32,000 bases of DNA from Archaeoglobus fulgidus DSM 4304. GTDB taxonomy: Archaea; Halobacteriota; Archaeoglobi; Archaeoglobales; Archaeoglobaceae. Every line of letters begins with the position of its first letter. Position 1 is the first letter of the stretch. The position numbers were made by a program, and so were the translations under genes. Shown in pieces: positions 13,192-22,717 of this stretch. The DNA lies in assembly GCF_000008665.1 (NCBI RefSeq), contig NC_000917.1, positions 1,740,001 to 1,772,000 of the forward strand, read 5' to 3'. The notes below the pieces were generated by a model, which worked only from the letters and a program-made list of their open reading frames with translations, did not search any database and was not told the origin of the DNA.

Positions 13192-14944
13192 TACCAGTGT
13201 GGTTATATCAGGAAGAGTAACCGAAATGCTTGAAAGTGGGGAGATTAAAGGAACGATAATAGTTCCTGAAGCCGTAATGGCGGAGCTTGAAGCTCAGGCC
13301 AACTTTGGCAAGATGACAGGCTTTCAGGGGCTCAGCGAAATCGAGAAGCTTACGAAGCTCGCAAAGGATAAGGGATTTGAGGTCATTTTTGCGGGGGAGA
13401 GGCCAAAGCTTGAGCACATCAGACTTGCAAAGGGAGGGGAGATAGACAATCTGATAAGGGAAGTTGCTGCCGAGTTCGATGCTGTTCTCGTAACCTCCGA
13501 CAGGGTTCAGCACTTGGTGGCGAGGGCAAAGGGCATAGAAACCATCTACGTCAGGCCTAGGGTTGTAAGACCCGAAAACACCCGAATAATGTCCTTCTTC
13601 ACCCCCGACACGGCGAGCGTGCATCTGAGGGAGGGTGTGCCTCCCTACGCCAAGAGAGGGAGAATTGGAGACCTGAAGCTCGTAAAGCTCGATGACAGGC
13701 CGATGAGCTACGAAGAGCTTAACGAGATTGCCAACGAGATTCTGGAGGCTGCGAGGCAGGACGAGGACAGCAGCATCGAGATCGAGAGGAGAGGTGCAAC
13801 AGTGGTTCAGCTCAGGGAACTCAGAATTGCCATTGCAGAGAGACCCTTTGCGGACAGGATGGAGATTACAGCAGTGAGGCCGATAGCTCAGGTCTCAATT
13901 GATGAATATGGAGTTAGCGAGGAGCTGAAGCGCAGAATAGTGGAGAGGCAGAGGGGAATTCTCATATCCGGCCCGCCCGGAGCGGGAAAGTCAACCTTCG
14001 CGGCGAGTGTGGCAAACTTCCTGCTTGAGAACGGATACATTGTCAAAACAATGGAGAGTCCAAGAGATTTGATGGTGAGAGATGAAATTACTCAGTATGC
14101 GCCGCTTGAGGGGGACATGTCCCTGACTTCGGACATCCTTCTTCTGGTAAGGCCTGATTATACAATCTACGACGAGCTCAGGAGAACGTCAGACTTTCAG
14201 GTTTTCGCGGATATGCGTTTAGCTGGGGTTGGAATGATCGGAGTAACACACGCCACAAGGGCGGTTGACGCGATACAGAGAATGATAGGCAGGGTGGAGC
14301 TCGGAATGATTCCACAGGTTGTTGACACGGTTGTTTTCATCGATGCTGGCAGAATAGTGAAGGTTTACGAGCTTTCCTTTACCGTCAAAGTGCCAACAGG
14401 GATGACGGAAGCTGATCTGGCGAGACCTGTTATAGAGGTCAGGGACTTTGAGACCAAGAATCTTGAATACGAGATCTACACCTACGGAGAGCAGGTTGTG
14501 GTGATGCCCATTGAGACAGACGAAAACCTGAAGGCTGCGCTGGAGGAGAAGATTTCCAAGTACGTTGACGACTTCGAGGTGGAGATGGTTGGAAGAAAAG
14601 CGGTGATAAAGGTTCCTGAGAAGCACATTCCCACGCTGATAGGAAGAAAGGGGAGGAGGATAAAGAATATCGAGGACGAGTTCAAAATTTCAATCGACGT
14701 CATTCCTAAGGAAGTTGAAGAGGAGGTAGAGGCGAGTGTGGAGGAGAGCGGAAAGCACTACGTCATCCACGCAAAGGGGCTTGAGGGCAGGACTGTGGAC
14801 GTCTATGCGGGGGATGAGTACCTGTTCACGGCTTTGGTGAGCAGGAAGGGGTGGATACGGATCAGGAAGGATAAGGAGGGTGGGAAGAGCTTGAGGCTCG
14901 CTCTGGCTAAGAACCTGCCGATAAGGCTGAAGGTGGTAGGTTGA
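13175..14944 (+). CDS. PIN domain + PilT-like ATPase + KH domain protein (archaeal COG1855-type)
   Basis: ATG 13175 sits behind GGAGG/AAGGAG. The PIN-type N-terminus reads [22 protein letters not shown]. It has a Walker [10 protein letters not shown], a PilT/VirB11-like core, and a C-terminal KH-like [19 protein letters not shown]. The track start 13124 lies inside hisI. The gene overlaps hisI by 17 nt. Confidence 0.85.
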   Translation: MKYVVDTSVVISGRVTEMLESGEIKGTIIVPEAVMAELEAQANFGKMTGFQGLSEIEKLTKLAKDKGFEVIFAGERPKLEHIRLAKGGEIDNLIREVAAEFDAVLVTSDRVQHLVARAKGIETIYVRPRVVRPENTRIMSFFTPDTASVHLREGVPPYAKRGRIGDLKLVKLDDRPMSYEELNEIANEILEAARQDEDSSIEIERRGATVVQLRELRIAIAERPFADRMEITAVRPIAQVSIDEYGVSEELKRRIVERQRGILISGPPGAGKSTFAASVANFLLENGYIVKTMESPRDLMVRDEITQYAPLEGDMSLTSDILLLVRPDYTIYDELRRTSDFQVFADMRLAGVGMIGVTHATRAVDAIQRMIGRVELGMIPQVVDTVVFIDAGRIVKVYELSFTVKVPTGMTEADLARPVIEVRDFETKNLEYEIYTYGEQVVVMPIETDENLKAALEEKISKYVDDFEVEMVGRKAVIKVPEKHIPTLIGRKGRRIKNIEDEFKISIDVIPKEVEEEVEASVEESGKHYVIHAKGLEGRTVDVYAGDEYLFTALVSRKGWIRIRKDKEGGKSLRLALAKNLPIRLKVVG

Positions 14945-15714
14945 GATACCTCTTCGGCTTGCTTTTTCTTCTCACCGCCTTACTCGCTTTAGCAGCGATG
15001 CCGAAGTATGAAGAGGCGGGAATGGTCGTTTTCGAGAACCCTTCGGATGTTTCAAACTCCTTACTTTACTTCGGCCTGATTATTGGATTTACGGCCTTCA
15101 TTCTCCTCGCCGTGAAATTCTCTGCCGTTCTGAAGGCGGTGATATACTTCCTCACCTTTCTGTCAATCTTCTACGTCCTTTCTCCCTTCATAGGGATTCT
15201 GGCAATCCCCCTTTCCATCGGAGTTGTAATTCTGCTAATCAAAAAGCCCTACTGGCTGGTCATCAACTTCTCCGCCCTGATGCTTGCCGCTGGAATTACA
15301 GCAATCTTCGGCATAAGCCTCGAGCCGCTGCCAGTGATAATCTTGCTCGCAGTTCTTGCAGCCTACGATGCAATCTCGGTTTACAGAACGAGGCACATGA
15401 TAAAGCTCGCCGAATCCGTCACAGCGATAAACGCTCCTATGCTCTTCATCATTCCGCGGAAGGACGGAAACGCCTATATGGGAGTTGGGGATGCAGTTAT
15501 GCCCAATATCCTCGTAGTTTCCGCCCAGTACTTCTCGAATTCTCCATCAGTCGGTTTCATCAAGCTTCCTGCTCTTTTTGCTCTCATCGGAGGTTTTGCC
15601 GGGCTTATGATTTTGCTCTACATCGTGGAGAAGCGTGGAGGGGCGCATCCCGGCTTGCCCTTCGTCAACTTCGGTGCGATTGCGGGATACATCCTTGGTT
15701 CGGTCTTGTTTTAG
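14941..15714 (+). CDS. Presenilin / signal-peptide-peptidase homologue (intramembrane aspartyl protease, A22-like)
   Basis: Polytopic membrane protein carrying the three family motifs: YD (LAAYDAISVY), GxGD (YMGVGDAVMP) and PAL (IKLPALFAL). TTG 14941 overlaps the upstream TGA (TTGA), with GAAGGTGG 5 nt upstream. Confidence 0.8.
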   Translation: MRYLFGLLFLLTALLALAAMPKYEEAGMVVFENPSDVSNSLLYFGLIIGFTAFILLAVKFSAVLKAVIYFLTFLSIFYVLSPFIGILAIPLSIGVVILLIKKPYWLVINFSALMLAAGITAIFGISLEPLPVIILLAVLAAYDAISVYRTRHMIKLAESVTAINAPMLFIIPRKDGNAYMGVGDAVMPNILVVSAQYFSNSPSVGFIKLPALFALIGGFAGLMILLYIVEKRGGAHPGLPFVNFGAIAGYILGSVLF

Positions 15715-15801
15715 CTATTAAACGACTGAGAGGGCTTTCACTTAGACCTTCAAATTTCAGGCTAAGAAAAGCATATATTACGGAGAGAACTCGGAGTGGA
15801 T

Positions 15802-16539
15802 ATGATTGCGATACTCTCAAACCTGCACTCAAACCTCCCAGCGCTTGCAGAGGTTCTGTCGATAGTGGAGAAGATGAAGGAAGAGGGAACGGATGTAAAG
15901 AAAATTTACATTCTATCCGCCTTCGGTTTAATGCCCTACCCCGAAGAAACTTACAAGCTCCTTTCAGGAGGGCAGGGGAAAATAATCAGCGTTGTATCAG
16001 GAAAATACGACAGGCTGCTTGCAAAATGGAACGAGCTGAGCGATGAGGAAAAGGAGGAAGCGGTGGGGAAAGAGCTTGTGGAAGTGATGGACATCTACTG
16101 GGACGAGCTTGGACATGAGGGAAGGAAGTGGGTTAGAAACATGACTGAAAGGTTCATTGCCGAAAAGTTCGACTGGAATGAGTTCTACTTCACCTATGGG
16201 CTCCTGGAGAATCCCGACGAGATGCCCGCTGAGAACCAGCCACCGTCGTACTACGAGGCAAAGTACGCCGACCTGAAAAAGTATGAGGTGATAGCAGTTG
16301 CAGGAAGGGAACCGTACGCGGTAAACACCAAAATAGGAAAAATAGTTTGTCCGGGAATAGCGGGACTCGGCAGGGAGCCGACCTTTGCCCTTGTGGACAC
16401 AAAGACCCTCCACGTGTCGTTCGAGACTTTCGAATACAAAATCAAGGAGGTAGAAGACAGAATAATGGAGCTTGAAATTCCGCAGGCGACAAAGGAGTAC
16501 CTGAAGGACATCCTCTACAGAGGAAAGCCCTTCCCATAA
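15802..16539 (+). CDS. Calcineurin-like metallophosphoesterase-fold protein with degenerate metal-binding motifs
   Basis: MIAILSNLHSNLPALAEVL.. resembles the N-terminal strand and motif I of YfcE/MJ0936-type phosphoesterases, but the ligand positions are substituted: SNLHS for SD.H., ILSAFG for GD, SGKYD for GN.[DE], FTYGL for GH, VAGRE for GH.H. GGAG lies 5 nt upstream of ATG 15802; the alternative start is GTG 15796. Confidence 0.6.
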   Translation: MIAILSNLHSNLPALAEVLSIVEKMKEEGTDVKKIYILSAFGLMPYPEETYKLLSGGQGKIISVVSGKYDRLLAKWNELSDEEKEEAVGKELVEVMDIYWDELGHEGRKWVRNMTERFIAEKFDWNEFYFTYGLLENPDEMPAENQPPSYYEAKYADLKKYEVIAVAGREPYAVNTKIGKIVCPGIAGLGREPTFALVDTKTLHVSFETFEYKIKEVEDRIMELEIPQATKEYLKDILYRGKPFP

Positions 16540-16540
16540 G

Positions 16541-16552
16541 TTTTTTAAAAAA
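16541..16552. terminator. Palindromic T6A6 tract serving both convergent genes
   Basis: TTTTTTAAAAAA almost exactly fills the 13-nt gap between the TAA of 15802..16539 (16537..16539) and the TAA of the minus-strand amidase (16553..16555). Each strand presents a T6 run just after its stop. Confidence 0.5.
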
Positions 16553-17914
16553 TTAAAGTTCGGGATACCTATCCTGCCAGGGAGAGACGTCCTGAAAGGC
16601 TTTTGATACTTTCAAGACTCCCACATCATCATAAGGCTTTCCGACAATCTGCATTCCTATTGGCAGGCCTTCCTTGCTGAACCCTGCCGGAATCGAAGCT
16701 GCTGGCTGTCCGGTGAAGTTGAAGGGGTACGTGAAGGGCATCCATCCTATTGGCGTTATCGCCTTACCTGCAATCTCCTCCGGGCCGAGTTTGCCAATTT
16801 CGAAGGGCTTGCATGCTACAGTCGGTGTTATGAGGTAGTCGTATTCCTCAAAAATCCCTCTCAGAGCCTTCCACAGCTCCATTTTTCTTTCCTCAATCTT
16901 GATGTACTCTCTGAAGGTCAAAGACTGGGCCAGGGCCATAAATCCGAGATACGGTGGAAAAGCAACTTTCTCCCACTCCGCCATTCTGTCGCCGATGAAG
17001 GTCACAACCTCAAGAACGACCTTCGTCACAAGCTCCTGCTCAAGGTTTGGAAGGCTCAGCTTCACCTCCTCTACCTCACCGAACTTCTCCAGCTTGAATG
17101 CCGCTTCTCTGACCTTCTCCTCCACTTCAGGATCTACAATCGCGTAGCCGAGGTCGGGAGAGAAAGCAATTCTAACACCATCCGGATGCTCTTCAATGGC
17201 TTTCAGGTAGCTGAATTCCTCGTCCGGCAATGATTTCACATCCCTTATATCCCATCCCTTGACCAAATCGAGCATCAAGGCGGTGTCCTCAACGTATCTC
17301 GTCAGAAATCCCTCGGAGTGCAGACCAATGAAGATTGGCAGGGAGGGATAGCATGGAACCCTGCCGAAACTCGGCTTCAGCCCGTAAAGACCGCAAAAGG
17401 ACGCGGGAATTCTTATGCTCCCTCCACCATCATTTCCGCTCGCAACCGGCAGTATTCCTGCTGCCACAGCAGCCGCACTTCCACCGCTGCTCCCTCCTAC
17501 AGTCCTTGAGAGGTCCCAGGGATTCCTGGTGGGGCCGAACATCGGGTTGTCGGTGTATGCTATAAGTCCGAACTCCGGCATGTTGGTCTTTCCTATAATG
17601 ACCGCTCCGGCCTTCTTAAGTCTTTCAACAAGCACAGCATCCTCTTCGGGAACGTAGTTTTCGTAAAACTTTGAGCAGTACGTCGTCCTTATCCCCCTCG
17701 TCTCGACATTGTCCTTGATGGCTATCGGCAAACCGGCGAGAGGTGTGCTTACATCTGCCTTCTTAGCCTCCTCTATCGCCTTCTCGTTCAGAGTTACAAA
17801 AGCGTTTATTTTCGGATTCAGCCTCTCAATTTTTTCCAAACACTCCTCAACGAGCTCTGCGGGCTTAATCTCCCCACCCTTCAGCTTCTCCACAATATCA
17901 ACCGCTCTTTCCAT
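16553..17914 (-). CDS. Amidase-signature (AS) family amidase, GatA-like
   Basis: ..[76 protein letters not shown].. gives the AS-family Ser-Ser-Lys signature region. [11 protein letters not shown] resembles general amidases more than bona fide GatA (GSDTGGSIRQP). No gatB/gatC is adjacent. GAGGTGG SD lies upstream of ATG 17914. Confidence 0.88.
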
Positions 17915-17982
17915 CTAACCACCTCAATTAATTGTTTAATATCTCTGAAGAAACACTTTAAAACATTTCTACTACTCAGCTT

Positions 17983-19407
17983 ATGCTTTCAAAAATTGAA
18001 CTCATGCTGCTCCGTTCTCTCGAAACCGGGAAGACCTACACACCTGAGGAGGCTGCTGAGCTGTCCGGTTTGAGCAAGGATGCTGTTCTTAAAGCTGCCT
18101 ACATGCTTCAGGAGAGGGGGTACGTCAGAGTTATAGAGAACGTGAGAACACACTACAGCCTAACGGAGGAGGGTGAGAGGTACCTTAAAGAGGGGTTGCC
18201 TGAGGAGAAACTCTACTCACTCGTTAAAAGTGGCGTAAACTCAATGGATGAGCTCCGAAAGAGAATGGGCAGGGAATTTCAGATAGCACTGGGTTGGCTG
18301 AGGAGAAAGGGTGCGGTGGAGGTTGAGGGAGATAAAGTCGTTCCCAAGAGGGAGCCGAGCTTCGATGAAAGGGCAGCGCTTCAGGCCATCAAGGAGGGGA
18401 GAGGTGTTGATGAAGGCACTCTGAAAACTCTGATGAAAAGGAAGCTTGTAACAAAGTCAGAAACCAAGCAGGTATACATAGAGGTCATGAAGAAACCGGA
18501 AATTGAGCTTGAGGACATAATCACAGACCTAACTCCAGAAATGCTTCTCGAGGGCACTTGGAGGGGAAAGCAGTTTTTGAAGTATGATATAACAATTCCT
18601 GCAAAGGAGATTTACGGGGGGAAGATACATCCGTATGAGAGAATAATCGAGGAGTGCAGAAAGGTATTCCTCGAAATGGGCTTTACTGAGATAAAGGGTC
18701 ACTACGTCCAGCCGGCTTTCTGGAACTTCGACGCTCTGTTTCAGCCTCAGGACCACCCGGCAAGGGACATGCAGGACACCTTCTACCTAGACCGCTACAT
18801 CGACCTCGAAGGGGAAATCGTGGAGAGGGTTAAAGCAACGCACGAAAACGGCTGGATTACCGGCTCAACGGGATGGGGTGGAGAGTGGAGCCTTGAAAAA
18901 GCCAGACAGCTTGTTCTCAGAACCCACACAACAGCAATAACCATACACTACCTTGCGGAGAACCCGGAACCTCCGCAGAAGGCCTTCTGCATCGACAGGG
19001 TTTACAGAAGGGAGACTATTGACGCCACCCACCTGCCAGAGTTCGACCAGCTCGAAGGAGTTGTCCTCGATAGGGATGTCGGATTCAAGCACCTTCTCGG
19101 CTTACTTAAGGAGTTCTTCACGAAAATGGGGTTTGAGGACGTAAGATTCAGGCCCGGTTACTTCCCCTACACCGAGCCGAGCGTTGAGCCTGAGGTTTAC
19201 GTCGAGGGACTGGGATGGGTTGAGCTTGGTGGGGCAGGAGTTTTCAGAAAAGAGGTGACCGAACCGCTCGGAATCAGAGGCAAGGTTCTAGCATGGGGAC
19301 TTGGTATAGGAAGGCTTGCAATGCTCAAAATCGGACTCAAGGACCTCAGAAGACTTTACCTGCCGGACTTGGGATGGCTGAGAAGCATGCCCGTCGCGAG
19401 AAAGTAA
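17983..19407 (+). CDS. pheS: Phenylalanine--tRNA ligase alpha subunit
   Basis: Archaeal/eukaryal-type long N-terminal region followed by a class II core: ..FWNFDALFQPQDHPARDMQDTFYL..LRTHTTA..PQKAFCIDRVYRRE..FRPGYFPYTEPSVE..GGAGVFR... TATA-like CTTTAAAAC lies about 20-25 nt upstream. Confidence 0.95.
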   Translation: MLSKIELMLLRSLETGKTYTPEEAAELSGLSKDAVLKAAYMLQERGYVRVIENVRTHYSLTEEGERYLKEGLPEEKLYSLVKSGVNSMDELRKRMGREFQIALGWLRRKGAVEVEGDKVVPKREPSFDERAALQAIKEGRGVDEGTLKTLMKRKLVTKSETKQVYIEVMKKPEIELEDIITDLTPEMLLEGTWRGKQFLKYDITIPAKEIYGGKIHPYERIIEECRKVFLEMGFTEIKGHYVQPAFWNFDALFQPQDHPARDMQDTFYLDRYIDLEGEIVERVKATHENGWITGSTGWGGEWSLEKARQLVLRTHTTAITIHYLAENPEPPQKAFCIDRVYRRETIDATHLPEFDQLEGVVLDRDVGFKHLLGLLKEFFTKMGFEDVRFRPGYFPYTEPSVEPEVYVEGLGWVELGGAGVFRKEVTEPLGIRGKVLAWGLGIGRLAMLKIGLKDLRRLYLPDLGWLRSMPVARK

Positions 19408-19479
19408 ATTTAATGATTAATTATTTTTCAACAAAATTTAAATTCCTTTTCCTTCAAGACTTGCTGAGGTGAGAAAAAC

Positions 19480-19749
19480 ATGGCAGAACACGTCGTCTAT
19501 GTCGGAAACAAGCCTGTAATGAACTACGTGCTGGCAACACTGACACAGCTGAACGAGGGGGCAGATGAAGTCGTAATTAAGGCGAGAGGCAGGGCCATCA
19601 GCAGAGCAGTGGATGTGGCAGAGATCGTCAGGAACAGATTCATGCCCGGTGTTAAGGTCAAGGAGATTAAGATCGACACCGAGGAGCTCGAATCCGAGCA
19701 GGGAAGAAGGTCTAACGTTTCTACAATTGAAATTGTCCTTGCCAAGTAA
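19480..19749 (+). CDS. albA: DNA/RNA-binding chromatin protein Alba
   Basis: [89 protein letters not shown] (89 aa). It has the typical Alba length and motifs ([16 protein letters not shown]; STIEI.L). A strong SD GAGGTGA lies upstream. T5 and T6 runs (19765..19777) follow the stop. Confidence 0.95.
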   Translation: MAEHVVYVGNKPVMNYVLATLTQLNEGADEVVIKARGRAISRAVDVAEIVRNRFMPGVKVKEIKIDTEELESEQGRRSNVSTIEIVLAK

Positions 19750-19795
19750 TCTCTTCTCGGAAAATTTTTAATTTTTTAAGTTCGCAGAACACTCC

Positions 19796-20785
19796 ATGAA
19801 TGTTGGATATCTCTGCACTTACACTCCAAAAGAGCTTATCGACGCTGCGGGCTTCACACCAATAAGGATTTTTGCTGGTGACATGCAAATCAGCCTCGCC
19901 ACAGCACATATTCAGAGTTACGCCTGCTCTCAGGCAAGGGGGAGCCTTGAGAGGGCTCTAAGAGGAGAGCTAGATGTTCAGGCGGTTGTTTTCACGAGGT
20001 GCTGCGACACTCTCATGCGATTAGCCGACATCTGGGAGAGAAACACAGATATGAGAGTTTACAACATCGAATTCCCCACGAGGGTTGAGGAGAGAAGCAA
20101 GGATTACTACTTCAACGAGCTCAAGGACTTCGTCAAAGTTCTCGAAGAGTGGGGCGGTGGTGTTACACTCGAGAGTTTGAGGGAGAGTCTAAAACTTTAT
20201 CACGAGCTTGAAGAGAAGCTTAAAAGGCTTTTCAGCCTCAAGCCTGACTACGAAGCAGCAAAGAGAGTTCAGGAGATGAATGTAAGAGAAGCGATAAAGT
20301 TCGTGGATGAGAGGCTGCGAAAAGCTGAAAGCGAAGGTGGAAAACCGAGGGTTCTGATTACCGGAAGCGTGTGTCCCTTTGTGGAAGTTTACACTCTGTT
20401 CGAGGAGGCGGGTTTTGCCCTTAAAGACGACATCTGCACGGGAACGAGGTTCTTCACCTTCAACACACCGCCGAGAGAAATAGGGTCGGTTGATGAGGGG
20501 TTGAGGTTTCTGGTGGACAAGTACTTTGAAAAAGCCCCCTGCCCGACGAAGCACTTCCCAAATGACGATAGATTCAAATATATCCTTGAAATGGCCAAGG
20601 ATTGCGACGGGGTTGTGTTCCTGCTGCTCAAGTTCTGCGAGCCGCACTTCTACGATTACCCGCAGCTTAAAGAGAGGCTTGAAGAGATGGGCAAGAAAGT
20701 TCTCCTGCTCGAACTTGAATTTCCCATCGCTTCAATCGAGCAGTTGAGGACGAGGATTGAGGCTTTCTACGAGGTGATAGCATGA
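19796..20785 (+). CDS. 2-hydroxyacyl-CoA dehydratase / benzoyl-CoA reductase family D-component subunit (HgdB/BcrC-like)
   Basis: MNVGYLCTYTPKELIDAAGFTPIRIF.. and ..ITGSVCPF..DDICTGTRFF..LLLKFCEPHFYDYPQLK.. fit the HGD-D family pattern, including conserved Cys residues. It is the first gene of a three-gene operon. Confidence 0.8.
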   Translation: MNVGYLCTYTPKELIDAAGFTPIRIFAGDMQISLATAHIQSYACSQARGSLERALRGELDVQAVVFTRCCDTLMRLADIWERNTDMRVYNIEFPTRVEERSKDYYFNELKDFVKVLEEWGGGVTLESLRESLKLYHELEEKLKRLFSLKPDYEAAKRVQEMNVREAIKFVDERLRKAESEGGKPRVLITGSVCPFVEVYTLFEEAGFALKDDICTGTRFFTFNTPPREIGSVDEGLRFLVDKYFEKAPCPTKHFPNDDRFKYILEMAKDCDGVVFLLLKFCEPHFYDYPQLKERLEEMGKKVLLLELEFPIASIEQLRTRIEAFYEVIA

Positions 20786-21957
20786 CTCTGAAGAAGCTGA
20801 GAGCCAACGACAGAATGAAGCAGATCATGGCCGGCTACTACATGATGGGAAACCAGGCTGAGGTTAAAGGGTGGATAACCAGCGGAGCTCCAGTGGAGCT
20901 GCTCTACGCGATGGACATTTATCCAGTTTACCCCGAAAACCACGGTGCTCTGATTGGCGCGGCAAAGCAGGGGCCATACTTCAGCGACTTCGCAGAAAGG
21001 AAGGGGTTTTCGAGAGACCTCTGCTCCTACGCCCGCTGCGACATAGGGTGTGTTTTTGCAGGAACCAGCCCCATCGGAGGGCTGCCAGAGCCGACTTTCC
21101 TCTTCGCCTGCAACAACATCTGCAATACAGTTGTGAAGTGGTACGAGGTGCTGAGCAGGATATTCAAGGTGCCGCTTTTCGTTCTTGACACTCCCTTCGT
21201 GAGGAAGGAGCTCAAGGAAAGCTATGTCAAGTACGTACACGACCAGCTTTACGAGTTTGTTGACTTTCTTGAGAAAACCACAGGAAGAGAGTTGAGCGAC
21301 TCGAAGCTCAGGGATACAGTAATCAAATCGATTCAGGGCGTGAAGGCCTATGCCGAAGTGCTCGGAATGGCCAGACACAAGCCCTCACCGCTGACATGCT
21401 TCGATGCTTTCATAAACATGGCTCCCATAGTCTGTTTAAGGGGAACTGATTACCCAGTGCAGTTCTACGCCGAAATGAAGGAAGAGCTTGAGGAGAGGGT
21501 TAAGAGGGGGGAGGGAGCAATTGAGAACGAGGAAATAAGGCTCCTCTGGGACAACATTCCTGTGTGGTACAGGCTGAAGTGGTTTTCGGAGTTTTTCGCG
21601 GAAAGAAATGCTTGCCTCGTAGCGGACACATACACAAACGCCTGGACGGGATTCATTTCCATCGATAAGAGCGACATCTTCTGGAGCATGGCAGAGACCT
21701 ACACCTTCATCTACCTCAATATAGGACTTGAGCACATGGCCGAGGCCATCAACAGGCTCATAGACTACTATGATGTCGATGGCGCTGTTATACACTCAAA
21801 CAGGAGCTGCAAGCCGTACTCATTCGGCCAGTACGAGCTGCAGAAGATGATAGAGGTTCCATCGGTGATTATAGAGGCTGATATGGTGGACTCAAGAACC
21901 TTCAGCGAGGCTCAGGTTGAGACAAGGCTTGAGGCCTTTCTCGAAATGCTCAGGTGA
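20782..21957 (+). CDS. 2-hydroxyacyl-CoA dehydratase family D-component subunit (HgdA-like)
   Basis: ..GWITSGAPVELLYAMDIYPVYPENHGALIGA..DLCSYARCDIG..FACNNICNTVVKWYE..HSNRSCKPYSFGQ.. fits the HGD-D family pattern. ATG 20782 overlaps the upstream stop (ATGA). Confidence 0.8.
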   Translation: MTLKKLRANDRMKQIMAGYYMMGNQAEVKGWITSGAPVELLYAMDIYPVYPENHGALIGAAKQGPYFSDFAERKGFSRDLCSYARCDIGCVFAGTSPIGGLPEPTFLFACNNICNTVVKWYEVLSRIFKVPLFVLDTPFVRKELKESYVKYVHDQLYEFVDFLEKTTGRELSDSKLRDTVIKSIQGVKAYAEVLGMARHKPSPLTCFDAFINMAPIVCLRGTDYPVQFYAEMKEELEERVKRGEGAIENEEIRLLWDNIPVWYRLKWFSEFFAERNACLVADTYTNAWTGFISIDKSDIFWSMAETYTFIYLNIGLEHMAEAINRLIDYYDVDGAVIHSNRSCKPYSFGQYELQKMIEVPSVIIEADMVDSRTFSEAQVETRLEAFLEMLR

Positions 21958-21961
21958 ATCC

Positions 21962-22717
21962 ATGATAGCGGCAGGCATCGATATCGGGTCTTTAACTGCA
22001 AAATGCGCCCTGATGAGGGACGGAAAGCTGATAGCCTACAAGGTCATAAAGGTCTCCCCCAATCTGGAGGAAACGGCAGAGAGGGTTTTTCAGGAAACGC
22101 TTAAGGCTGCAGGAATAGGGAGGGAGGAGGTGGAAAGGATTGTCGCAACGGGCTACGGGAGAAACAAGGTCGGATTTGCGGACAAGAAGGTGACGGAGAT
22201 AAGCTGCCACGCAAGGGGGGCGATTTACTTCATTCCAACAGCGAGAACTGTTGTGGACATTGGAGGGCAGGACAGCAAGGTGATTGCCATCGAGAACGGA
22301 AAGGTTGCCGAGTTCGTGATGAACGACAAGTGCGCTGCTGGAACGGGAAGATTCCTTGAAGTCATGGCCGCAGCGCTGAATCTAAAAGTGGAGGAGCTTG
22401 GGGACGTGGCTGAAAGAGCTACCAAAGCCACGAAAATCTCCTCAACATGCACGGTGTTTGCCGAGTCGGAGGTTATCAGCCATCTCGCCTCAGGGGAAAA
22501 GGTTGAGGACATAGTTGCTGGGATACACGAGGCGATAGCGTCGAGAATTGCGGCAATGGCCAGGAGAGTTAAAATAGAGCCGGACATCGTTTTAACCGGA
22601 GGGGTTGCGAAAAACAAGGCGATGAAGAAGGCCCTCGAAAAGGAGTTCGGGATGGAGGTTAAAACACCTCCCGAGCCGCAGATTGTTGGTGCTGTGGGGG
22701 CTGCTCTGCTCGCCTAA
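21962..22717 (+). CDS. CoA-substrate-specific enzyme activase (HgdC/BcrAD/BadFG-type ATPase)
   Basis: MIAAGIDIGSLTAKCAL (ASKHA phosphate-1), ..VVDIGGQDSKVI.., and the two cluster-ligand contexts NDKCAAGTGRFLE and SSTCTVFAESEV, then ..LTGGVAKN... ATG 21962 sits behind AGGTGA. The track start 21917 lies inside the upstream gene. Confidence 0.88.
   Translation: MIAAGIDIGSLTAKCALMRDGKLIAYKVIKVSPNLEETAERVFQETLKAAGIGREEVERIVATGYGRNKVGFADKKVTEISCHARGAIYFIPTARTVVDIGGQDSKVIAIENGKVAEFVMNDKCAAGTGRFLEVMAAALNLKVEELGDVAERATKATKISSTCTVFAESEVISHLASGEKVEDIVAGIHEAIASRIAAMARRVKIEPDIVLTGGVAKNKAMKKALEKEFGMEVKTPPEPQIVGAVGAALLA

Noticed and set aside
20767-21378. 203-aa minus-strand ORF; similar shadow ORFs at 24702..25343 (+), 28045..28848 (-), 28937..29683 (-) and 30935..31507 (+)
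   Set aside because: Each is antisense to, or spans, genes with strong motif support (HgdA-like, radical SAM, hjc/Zn-ribbon, NTase, TPR) and lacks motifs or start signals of its own.
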